A DNA stretch of 64,000 nt, taken from Candidatus Entotheonellaceae bacterium. Its GTDB lineage: Bacteria > Tectomicrobia > Entotheonellia > Entotheonellales > Entotheonellaceae. The stretch lies in assembly GCA_965238075.1 (NCBI GenBank), contig OZ250173.1:2368001-2432000 (forward strand). Reading direction: 5' to 3'. The position numbers and the translations under genes are program-made. Shown here in pieces: positions 37,438 to 45,349 of this stretch (position 1 is the first letter of the stretch; every line of letters starts with the position of its first letter). The notes under the pieces are model-generated. The model made no database searches. It was given only the letters and a program-made list of their open reading frames with translations, and was not told where the DNA came from.

Positions 37438-38349
37438 GTGCGGCATGCCACACCCCGGCAAGTGCGCGTGCGCGTTCCGGCTACGACGGCCAACCTGGGT
37501 TGCGGGTTCGATATCCTGGGGCTCGCACTGAAAATCTACAATACCTTTACGTTGACTGTGACGCCTGAGCCGGGTTGGCGTGTCACGCTGCCGGCCGGGG
37601 TGGACCTGCCGTCTGATGGCGATAACTTGGTATTCAAGGCCGCCCACGGCGTGTTTACCAAGGTCGGCGACAAGCCGGCGGGGTTGCATTTGTCGTTGGA
37701 CATGGACATTCCGCTGGCGCGCGGTCTTGGCAGCAGTTCAGCCGCCATTGTCGGCGGCCTGCTCGCCGCCAACGTGCTTGCCGGCAACCCGCTGAAACCC
37801 GAGGCGCTGCTTGCCATGGCCGTCGAGATGGAGGGGCATCCCGATAACGTCACGCCGGCGCTGATGGGCGGTCTGACCCTTTCCTACGCCGTCGACGGGT
37901 GCCATGCATTCCTGCCTCTGGATTTTCCGTCCGACTTGAGCCTGATCGTGGCCATCCCCGACTTTGAACTGCCAACTGCCAAGGCGCGAGCCGTGCTTCC
38001 CCGGCAGATCAGCCGGGCCGACGCGGTGTTTAATTGCAGCCGCACCGCCCTGCTCGTGGCGACGCTTCAGATGAGGCGCTACGACCTTCTTTCCGCCGCC
38101 ATGGACGATCGCCTGCATCAACCCTTTCGCGCCGCCCTCGTGCCCGGTATGGAAGCCGCCATGGCCGCCGGCTATCGCGCCAAGGCGTTGGGTGTGGTCC
38201 TCAGTGGCGCCGGGCCTACCTTGGTTGCCTTGACCCGTTCCGACCCGCAGGCCGTTGCCGCGGCGATCAGCGATGCCTTCGCGGCGCACCATGTTACGTG
38301 CCGGACCCAACTCGTACAAGCCGACGTCGAAGGCGCCGTGGTCTGGTGA
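37438..38349 (+). CDS. thrB: Homoserine kinase
   Basis: VPATTANLG.GFD, IPLARGLGSSS, EGHPDN, DRLHQPFR, SGAGPT. Confidence 0.96.
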   Translation: MRHATPRQVRVRVPATTANLGCGFDILGLALKIYNTFTLTVTPEPGWRVTLPAGVDLPSDGDNLVFKAAHGVFTKVGDKPAGLHLSLDMDIPLARGLGSSSAAIVGGLLAANVLAGNPLKPEALLAMAVEMEGHPDNVTPALMGGLTLSYAVDGCHAFLPLDFPSDLSLIVAIPDFELPTAKARAVLPRQISRADAVFNCSRTALLVATLQMRRYDLLSAAMDDRLHQPFRAALVPGMEAAMAAGYRAKALGVVLSGAGPTLVALTRSDPQAVAAAISDAFAAHHVTCRTQLVQADVEGAVVW

Positions 38350-38565
38350 ACGGGGTCATCATCCGGCGCCGGGCTGCCTTGGCGAAGGCGGGATTGTACC
38401 ACAAGGGCCTGTCGCCGTTGTTGCAGTCCGCGTTCACGGCACTTCGGGGAGGCTTGACAAAGACGGGCGGCTTATGAGAGAAGGGCTGACGCGGATGCAA
38501 ACGCCGCTACGGAGTGTGGTAGTGCCGTTTAAGGGTTAGTTGCCATACGGAGAGAGGAGCACGTC

Positions 38566-39684
38566 ATGCAAGTAGAATGGCTGAAGCGATATATGACCCA
38601 GCAGCACCAGGGTTGCCAACATGAACACGCTGCGGAGGCAGAGGACGCCGCGACCGAGCAAGACGACAGCGGCGTGTCGCGCCGTGATTTCGTCAAGACC
38701 GGCGTTGCCGCCGGCATGGCTGCCGGCATGGCTGCCGGGCACGTGATCGGTAATCCCGACAAGGCCGAAGCGGCGGCGCACTGGGATTTCCCCCTGGGCG
38801 CTCAGTGGTGGCCGTCCGAATGGGGCCCGGAGGATGAGGCCGGCGCTTCCAACCGCATCACGCCGAGCAAAGTGCTGGAGGCCGCCAGTCTGATTCGCAA
38901 GGGCAAGGTTTACCGCCTTGGCATGGTACTGGAGGCTGGGGTTCCCCTGTTTGGCGCGCGGCACGTTTCGATCACCATTCCGGGCGGCCCCACCGGCGGC
39001 CCGTTTGGCGCCCAGCAACTCATGTACAACGATGAGATGTTCAGCGGCGAGATCGGCCAGGTCGGGTCGCAGTTTGACGGCCTCGGCCACATTGGCGCTA
39101 AGGTGGGCGACACGATCCGCTACTACAACGGCTTCACGCAGGACCAGGTGGGCGGCTCTTACGGGCTGCAAAAGTTGGGCGTTCACAACTGCAAGCCGTT
39201 TTTCACGCGCGGCATCCTGCTTGACGTGGCGTCCATGAAGGGTGAAGAACGGCTGCCGATCGGCTACGTCATCACCATGAACGATGTCGCGGACACGCTC
39301 AGCAAGCAGGGTATTAACGAACCCGGCGAGGGTGACGCGGTCATGTTCCGCACCGGCCACATCAGTTTGTGGATGAAGGACAACGAAGAGTACAACAAGG
39401 GCTGCCCGGGTCCCGGCGAGACGGTGGCCAGGTGGCTCGCCGAGCGCAAAATCGCCTGCGTCGGCGGTGACAGTTGGCCGGTCGAGGCCGTGCCGGGCGA
39501 GGTGGAGAGCCAGCCGTTCGCGTGCCACGTGATCTGGATCCCCATGAACGGCATCTACATTATCGAGAACCAGTACCTGGATGACTTGGCGAACGACGGC
39601 GTTTACGAGTTTGCCTGGTCGTTCAGCCCGTGGCCGGTCAAGGGCGGTACCGGGGCGCCAGGCATCTCCGTGGCCATTGCCTAA
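38566..39684 (+). CDS. Cyclase / kynurenine formamidase-like metal hydrolase with Tat signal
   Basis: SRRDFVK twin-arginine signal; WG.EDEAG..N, RGILLDV, GDAVMFRTG, GIYIIEN, GGTGAP. Confidence 0.82.
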   Translation: MQVEWLKRYMTQQHQGCQHEHAAEAEDAATEQDDSGVSRRDFVKTGVAAGMAAGMAAGHVIGNPDKAEAAAHWDFPLGAQWWPSEWGPEDEAGASNRITPSKVLEAASLIRKGKVYRLGMVLEAGVPLFGARHVSITIPGGPTGGPFGAQQLMYNDEMFSGEIGQVGSQFDGLGHIGAKVGDTIRYYNGFTQDQVGGSYGLQKLGVHNCKPFFTRGILLDVASMKGEERLPIGYVITMNDVADTLSKQGINEPGEGDAVMFRTGHISLWMKDNEEYNKGCPGPGETVARWLAERKIACVGGDSWPVEAVPGEVESQPFACHVIWIPMNGIYIIENQYLDDLANDGVYEFAWSFSPWPVKGGTGAPGISVAIA

Positions 39685-39720
39685 TTCGGGCAACACGGGT
39701 TTGTAATTCCTCCCTGATAC

Positions 39721-39762
39721 CGGGGCGAGCGTTGCATATCAGCGCTCGCCCCGCTTTCCTTT
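39721..39762 (+). terminator. Intrinsic terminator after the cyclase gene
   Basis: CGGGGCGAGCG-loop-CGCTCGCCCCG followed by CTTTCCTTT. Confidence 0.75.
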
Positions 39763-39809
39763 GATTCCCAGATCCCGGTTTCGGATTGGCACGGCAGAAA
39801 GGACGCAGC

Positions 39810-40772
39810 ATGAAATTCGGTCTGCATCTCGGCACGCGGGGCGTTGCTGCGCGTGCGGACGGCCTGCGACGGGTGGCGCAGCACTGCGAGCGTCTGGGGC
39901 TGTCGCATTTCGGCCTCAGCGATCACGTCATCATTCCGGCACGTACGGCGTCGCGGTATCCCTACAACGATTCCGGCACGTGGCCGGCCAGCGATACGGG
40001 TATGTGCCTTGAGCAGATCACGGCGTTGACGTGGGCGGCGGCGGCCACCGAGCGCATCCGGCTGCTCACCTCGGTGATGGTGCTGATGCACCGACCGCCG
40101 GTGCTGACCGCCAAGATGCTGGCAACGCTGGACGTGCTGTCCGGGAGCCGGTTGACGCTGGGGATTGGGGTCGGCTGGATGGCCGAGGAACTGGCCGTTC
40201 TGGGCGCGCCGCCCTTCGACCGCCGGGGCCGGGCGTCCGATGAGTACATCGGTGCCTTCCGGTCGCTGTGGACGGAGGACGATCCAGCCATGGACGGCGA
40301 GTTCGTGCGCTTTACCGGGGTGCGGTTTGCGCCCAAACCGGCGTCGAAGCTACCCATTTGGGTCGGCGGCGAGGGTGCGGCAGCGCGGCGCCGCGCGGGA
40401 CGCCTGGGCGACGGTTGGTATCCGGTCGGGCGCAACCCGCGCGCCATGCTGGACACCCCGGCGCTGTTTGCCGAGGCGCTTGCGGATGTGCACCGCCACG
40501 CCGAGGCGGAGGGCCGTAACCCTGACGATATCGATACCGCCATGTTTGTCCCGTGGTATTGTCTGGGAACTGAGTTGCCGCGTCCCGAAGGCGGGCGGCT
40601 GCCGTTTACGGGTTCTGCGGGGCGTATTGCGGAAGACGTGGCGGCATTTGGGGAGCGGGGGTTGAAGCACCTGATTATCGGCTTCGAGAGCGACGACCTC
40701 AGTGAGACGCTGGATCTTACCGAACAGTTCGCCAAGGAGGTCGCGGACTGTGACGCTGACAGTGCCGGCTAA
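39810..40772 (+). CDS. LLM-class (luciferase-like) oxidoreductase, probably F420-dependent
   Basis: MKFG, SDHVIIP...YPY, AAATERIRL, AKMLATLDVLSG.R, GVGWMAEE, PIWVGG, GDGWYP. Confidence 0.88.
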   Translation: MKFGLHLGTRGVAARADGLRRVAQHCERLGLSHFGLSDHVIIPARTASRYPYNDSGTWPASDTGMCLEQITALTWAAAATERIRLLTSVMVLMHRPPVLTAKMLATLDVLSGSRLTLGIGVGWMAEELAVLGAPPFDRRGRASDEYIGAFRSLWTEDDPAMDGEFVRFTGVRFAPKPASKLPIWVGGEGAAARRRAGRLGDGWYPVGRNPRAMLDTPALFAEALADVHRHAEAEGRNPDDIDTAMFVPWYCLGTELPRPEGGRLPFTGSAGRIAEDVAAFGERGLKHLIIGFESDDLSETLDLTEQFAKEVADCDADSAG

Positions 40773-41959
40773 CGACCGGTCTGCCCGGCCGCCGACAGGT
40801 AGGGGCGGGTGATGGCGCGGCCGATCACGACGTTCTGAATTTCTGTGGTGCCGTCCAGATATTGCGCCATTTTGGCGGCGGTCAAGTGGCGTGCCAATGG
40901 GTATTCGGTGCGAAAGCCGTTGGCCCCCATGGCCTGCATACAGTCGGCGATGCGACTGAGCGCCACCCGTGTGGCGAACTTCTTGGCGTGGGCGGCGGCC
41001 AGGGTATGGCGGCCCGTTCCGTCGTCCAATACCGTGGCGGCGTGCGCGGTCAGCAGCCGCGCAGCCTCCAGGTCGGTGGCGGCGTCGGCCAGCAGCGACT
41101 GGACGGCCTGGTGTTCCAGCACCGATTTTCCGAACGTGCGTCGTCCGGCTGCGTGTTCCATTGCGACTTCCAACGATCTCCCCAGCATGCCGCAGCACAT
41201 GGCGGCAACCGCGATGCGAGCGAAATCGACTCCGGCCAAAGCCGCCTTGAATCCCCCGCCGGATCCCACCAGAACGTCGTTCGCGCCGACGCGGCACCCC
41301 TCGAAACGAAATCCGCCGGTACCGAGCGCGTGGCCGCCCAACAGGCGATAGGCGGGTTCCCGGATCACCCCCGGGGCGCCGGCTTCCACGATGAAGCAAG
41401 CAATGCCGCGCCAGCCGGCCGACGCATCGGTCTGGGCATACACGCTCAACAGGTCGGCGGTTGCGGCGTTACTGACCCATGCCTTGACGCCGTCAAGCCG
41501 CCAGTCACGACCATCCCGCCGTGCCGTCGTGGTAATCGCCGCCGCGTCGCTTCCGCCTTGCGGTTCGGTGAGCAGGAAGGCGCCGATCTGTTCGCCGGTG
41601 ATCAGTCCGGGTAGCCAGCGCTCCAGTTGTAGAGTGCTGGCGTTGCGCGTAATGCCGCGTGCCAGGTTGTTGTGCACGGTCAGTGCGAACGCTGAGGCCA
41701 TGCAGGCGGCGGCCAGGGCTTCCACGACCAGAGCCATGGCCGGCATGCCAAGCCCGTGGCCGTGCATGGATTCCGGCACGGTCAGGCGGCACAGCCCGCG
41801 CGCGGCGGCCTCCCGGAAGGCTTCTCTCGGCACACCGCCCGCTTCCTCCCAAGCGCCGGCATTCGGTTCGATCACGCCGTGCGCAAATGCCCGCGCGGCG
41901 TTCACCACATCCTTTTCACGATCTGAAATCGGGGGCATGACAGCGGCAAGACCGTTCAT
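40769..41959 (-). CDS. Acyl-CoA dehydrogenase family protein
   Basis: FLLTEPQGGSD, GVKAWVSN, RRTFGK, QAMGANG; catalytic region reads YLDGTTEIQ. Confidence 0.9.
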   Translation of the reverse strand: MNGLAAVMPPISDREKDVVNAARAFAHGVIEPNAGAWEEAGGVPREAFREAAARGLCRLTVPESMHGHGLGMPAMALVVEALAAACMASAFALTVHNNLARGITRNASTLQLERWLPGLITGEQIGAFLLTEPQGGSDAAAITTTARRDGRDWRLDGVKAWVSNAATADLLSVYAQTDASAGWRGIACFIVEAGAPGVIREPAYRLLGGHALGTGGFRFEGCRVGANDVLVGSGGGFKAALAGVDFARIAVAAMCCGMLGRSLEVAMEHAAGRRTFGKSVLEHQAVQSLLADAATDLEAARLLTAHAATVLDDGTGRHTLAAAHAKKFATRVALSRIADCMQAMGANGFRTEYPLARHLTAAKMAQYLDGTTEIQNVVIGRAITRPYLSAAGQTGR

Positions 41960-42068
41960 GGCAGTCCATCAGAAACAAGGTTGGCAGGGTCGGGAGCGTA
42001 GGCCGTGATGTCAGGAACCGCCGGGAGGAGGTCTCGGCAACGTCGAATGCGGGTAGGACCGAGCGGGA

Positions 42069-42152
42069 TGCCGAAGGGGGGATTTGAACCCCCACGCCCG
42101 GTGAGGCACCACCCCCTCAAGATGGCGTGTCTACCATTTCCACCACTTCGGC
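42069..42152 (-). tRNA. tRNA-Leu(GAG), CCA not encoded
   Basis: Minus strand GCCGAAGTGGTGGAAATGGTAGACACGCCATCTTGAGGGGGTGG-variable arm-GGGGGTTCAAATCCCCCCTTCGGCA; follows secG. Confidence 0.96.
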
Positions 42153-42199
42153 ATATTTGTACGTCTGGAAAACGGGTTTCCGAGACGGAAAGAAGGCTC

Positions 42200-42229
42200 A
42201 GCATAGCGCCTGCGCCTGGCCATTGTCAA
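42200..42229 (-). promoter_or_regulatory. Sigma70 promoter for tRNA-Leu
   Basis: TTGACA-18 nt-TATGCT on the minus strand. Confidence 0.7.
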
Positions 42230-42257
42230 CGGCTTTCTCGGGCTGCCTGACCCCCGG

Positions 42258-42614
42258 CTATTGCGTTGTTTCTTCCTGAGCCTCAGGCGCGGGTGCGTTC
42301 TCCAAAGCAATCGGAGGCGCGGGCACCGCGGGTTGGCCGGTGGCGGCCGGGGCCTGATCCATAATCACTGAACTCTGGCCGCGGTGGGCGGAAAAATAGG
42401 CCAAGCCCAAAGATGTGACCATGAAGACAGCAGCGGCGACAGTCGTCAGGCGCGACAGGAACGTCGCCGGGCCGCGGCTGCCGAAAATGGTTTGCGATGA
42501 GCTGGCGCCACCGAACGCGGCGCCAATGGACTGGCCTTTGCCGACCTGCAGCAGAACGGTGAGGATGAGAGCCAGGGCCACCAGGACGTGGACCACGATG
42601 AGCAGGATGAACAT
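42258..42614 (-). CDS. secG: Preprotein translocase subunit SecG
   Basis: VLLQVGKG..IGAAFGG, FGSRG..TFLSRLT; located between tpiA and tRNA-Leu. Confidence 0.95.
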   Translation of the reverse strand: MFILLIVVHVLVALALILTVLLQVGKGQSIGAAFGGASSSQTIFGSRGPATFLSRLTTVAAAVFMVTSLGLAYFSAHRGQSSVIMDQAPAATGQPAVPAPPIALENAPAPEAQEETTQ

Positions 42615-42627
42615 GTTATGACAATCC

Positions 42628-43398
42628 TTACGAATAGGTCAGAAGTTGGATGAACGAGTCGACATCAAGGCTTGCGCCGCCTACTAGGGCGCCATCGATA
42701 TCTTCCTCGGCCATCAGAGCGGCGATGCTGTCCGGGTTGACGCTGCCGCCGTACTGAATGCGCACCGCCTCAGCCACCTCGGTTCCCCAGCGTTGCGCCA
42801 GCAAGTCGCGCAGATAGCCATGCGCCTCCTGCGCCTGCTGTGGCGTGGCGCTCACCCCCGTGCCAATGGCCCACAACGGCTCGTAGCCCAAGACGATGCG
42901 GGGCATGACGTCCGCCGAACACGACGCCAAGCTGTTCTGTATTTGCCGCTTGAGTACGTCGAAAGTCTGCCCCGCCTGCCGCTCGTCGAGCGTTTCCCCA
43001 ATGCAGACAATCGGTTGCAGCCCAGCCTGCAACGCGGCGGATACTTTTTTATCAGCCATGGCGTCCGTTTCGCCGAACCCTTGCCGGCGTTCGGAATGGC
43101 CGATGATGACGTGGGAACAGCCGACGTCAACCAGCATGGCAGCAGAAATTTCGCCCGTGTACGCTCCCGCGGGCTCCCAAAACAGGTCCTGTGCGGCCAG
43201 CCGAAACGGTGTCGCGCGCAGGCGGGATCGCAGGGTGGAGAGTGCCGTGAACGGCGCCGCTATGACGGCTTCAATGGTGCCGGGGTCGGGGCACCGATTC
43301 AAGAGATTGTCGGCGAACTGCCCGGCCTCCTTAAGGGTTTTGTTCATCTTCCAATTGGCGGCAATGATGGATTGACGCCCGCTTGGGTTGTTCGGCAT
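42628..43398 (-). CDS. tpiA: Triosephosphate isomerase
   Basis: ANWKMN, GAYTGEIS, GHSERR, YEPLWAIGTG, YGGSV, LVGGASL. Confidence 0.98.
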   Translation of the reverse strand: MPNNPSGRQSIIAANWKMNKTLKEAGQFADNLLNRCPDPGTIEAVIAAPFTALSTLRSRLRATPFRLAAQDLFWEPAGAYTGEISAAMLVDVGCSHVIIGHSERRQGFGETDAMADKKVSAALQAGLQPIVCIGETLDERQAGQTFDVLKRQIQNSLASCSADVMPRIVLGYEPLWAIGTGVSATPQQAQEAHGYLRDLLAQRWGTEVAEAVRIQYGGSVNPDSIAALMAEEDIDGALVGGASLDVDSFIQLLTYS

Positions 43399-43414
43399 CG
43401 CAGAGTCCCCCGTG

Positions 43415-44815
43415 TCAGGCGGCTTTGGCGCCGTGATTGGCGACGTAGTCCACGAGAATATATTCCCCCAAGCTGGTGGGAGAGGCGAAGAAGGCCCGCC
43501 CGCGGTTGACCTTGGTCAGTTCGCTCACAAAACGCTTCATGGGGCCGTTCTCTCCGAGCATGAAGGTGTTGATGGTGATCCCGCGGCGCGTACAGCGTTT
43601 CGCCTCCTTCAGCGTTTCCGTCAAGGTTTGGGGCGATGGCGGGTATTCGAGACAGATGCTGCGGCCGCGCATATGGGCGGTAGGCTCGCCGTCCGTTATC
43701 AGGATGACCTGCTGGTTTCCGGCGCGCTGTTGGTTGAGGAGCCGCCCGGCCACTTGCAGCCCCGCCTGGATGTTGGTGAAGGCCGCCGGAACGCTGGCCC
43801 GCCCGAACGCGGCCTCGGCGGCGTCGACCTGTACGTTTACGAACCCCAGTGGATTGCGGTACATGGTGCGGTAAAAGTGGGGAAAGAAACCCAACGGCTT
43901 GGGAGACAGGGAGGGGATGTCAGCCAATTGCAATTCCTGGGCGTACGTGCAGAACCCGACGACGTGCAACCGGTCACGCGGGAACTGGGTGCGGATCAGG
44001 GCATCGAGGGCCAAGGCAACCCGTTTGGCGGCGGTGAAACGGCCGTAGCGCGCCATCGAGCCGCTCATGTCGAGCAGTAGTACCGTGGTGCAGCGGACGG
44101 CCGACTCGGTCTCGTAGACCTCGAAGTCCTGCGGTGCCAGGCGAATCGATGTCCGCCCATCGGCGCGCTGCGCGGCATTCATGATCGTCCGTCCCAGGTT
44201 GATCGCAAAAGCATCTCCAAACTGATAGGGCCGACTGTCTTCCAACCGTTCGCCGCCTACCCCGTTCCGTCGTATGGCATGCCCGCCGAACGAGCCGCGC
44301 CGCAGGGAGGAAAAGACATCCAGCATGGCGCGTTGGGCAATGCGGCGAATGCCTTGCACCGTCAGCTCGAGCCGAGTTCCGTTGCGATCTACGTACCGCT
44401 CCAGGCCTTTGGTCAGTTCCTTGAATACACACACTTGACGCCGCGCTTCATTTCCCATTATCTTTCTAACCAGATCATCGTCGATGGTATCCGCATCGCT
44501 GCCCCAGAAAACGCTATCCAGCATCCTGTCAAGTCTATCCATTTCCATGAGCCACCAGTCCCGCGCCATGTCCTTTGAGTCGTACTCAGCCTGTGCCTGT
44601 TGCCGCATGTCGAACAGTCGGTCGCGGATGTCCCGCAAGCCCGGAACGAAGCGGCCTCGTCGGTCGGTAAAACCCTGCTGCATCAGAAGCCGTAGGGCCT
44701 TCCGCAGATCGCCGTGTTCAATGATTGAGTCGGCGATGCCATCAAGCACGTCTTCGGGGTCGGGGTGGAAACAACCGAGAGAGGTATTCCAGGCGGAGTA
44801 GCGATAGCGCCGCAT
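43415..44815 (-). CDS. VWA domain protein
   Basis: MIDAS elements DMSGSM, TNIQAGL, ITDGEPT; N-terminus RYRYSAW. Confidence 0.85.
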   Translation of the reverse strand: MRRYRYSAWNTSLGCFHPDPEDVLDGIADSIIEHGDLRKALRLLMQQGFTDRRGRFVPGLRDIRDRLFDMRQQAQAEYDSKDMARDWWLMEMDRLDRMLDSVFWGSDADTIDDDLVRKIMGNEARRQVCVFKELTKGLERYVDRNGTRLELTVQGIRRIAQRAMLDVFSSLRRGSFGGHAIRRNGVGGERLEDSRPYQFGDAFAINLGRTIMNAAQRADGRTSIRLAPQDFEVYETESAVRCTTVLLLDMSGSMARYGRFTAAKRVALALDALIRTQFPRDRLHVVGFCTYAQELQLADIPSLSPKPLGFFPHFYRTMYRNPLGFVNVQVDAAEAAFGRASVPAAFTNIQAGLQVAGRLLNQQRAGNQQVILITDGEPTAHMRGRSICLEYPPSPQTLTETLKEAKRCTRRGITINTFMLGENGPMKRFVSELTKVNRGRAFFASPTSLGEYILVDYVANHGAKAA

Positions 44816-45039
44816 GCTGCTGGGGCACCTTTAGGCCAAGACCGTACACCAGAGTGAGGTTCTTCGTGTTAACCGGACGCGCATTTTGGCCGTTGCACCT
44901 GCCGAAGTCAACCTGCGGCCCGATTCTGGCGTCATCGACACGAATTCGCTAAAGTTTTCTAGGCGTTTGAGTTGACAGGTTTTATATTATTTTGGGTTTG
45001 TCGTTCCTGCCCTTGTAGCCGTTACATGGAGAACGTGAG

Positions 45040-45339
45040 ATGAAAAGTGCCCTTGAATTGGCGATGCAAAAGGTGAACGCGCGCCAGGATCGGGCGCCTG
45101 TGGCGTCGTTGACGGAGGACCAGCGTCGTGAGATTGGTGAGTTGCGTAAGCAGTGCGCGGCAAAGATCGCCGAAAAAGAGATCATGATGCAGGCTGAGAT
45201 ACGCCGCTTGGTGCGTGAACGACCACCGCAGGAAGCCGTAGCAAAGGTTTACGAGCTTCAGACCCAGTTCCAGGAGAGCAAGAAGGTGCTCCAGGAGAAG
45301 TTGGAGGCTAAGGTCTCGGCGCTCCGAGACGCGTCATAG
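45040..45339 (+). CDS. Small helical hypothetical protein
   Basis: GGAG RBS; MKSALELAM start; charged coiled-coil pattern; first gene of an apparent operon. Confidence 0.75.
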   Translation: MKSALELAMQKVNARQDRAPVASLTEDQRREIGELRKQCAAKIAEKEIMMQAEIRRLVRERPPQEAVAKVYELQTQFQESKKVLQEKLEAKVSALRDAS

Positions 45340-45349
45340 GAGGGAAGAC

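Noticed and set aside
42069-42090. Integrative element at tRNA-Leu
   Set aside because: No integrase and no duplicated tRNA 3' end seen in the window
44880-44910. Sigma54 promoter
   Set aside because: GG and GC are not at the required -24/-12 spacing
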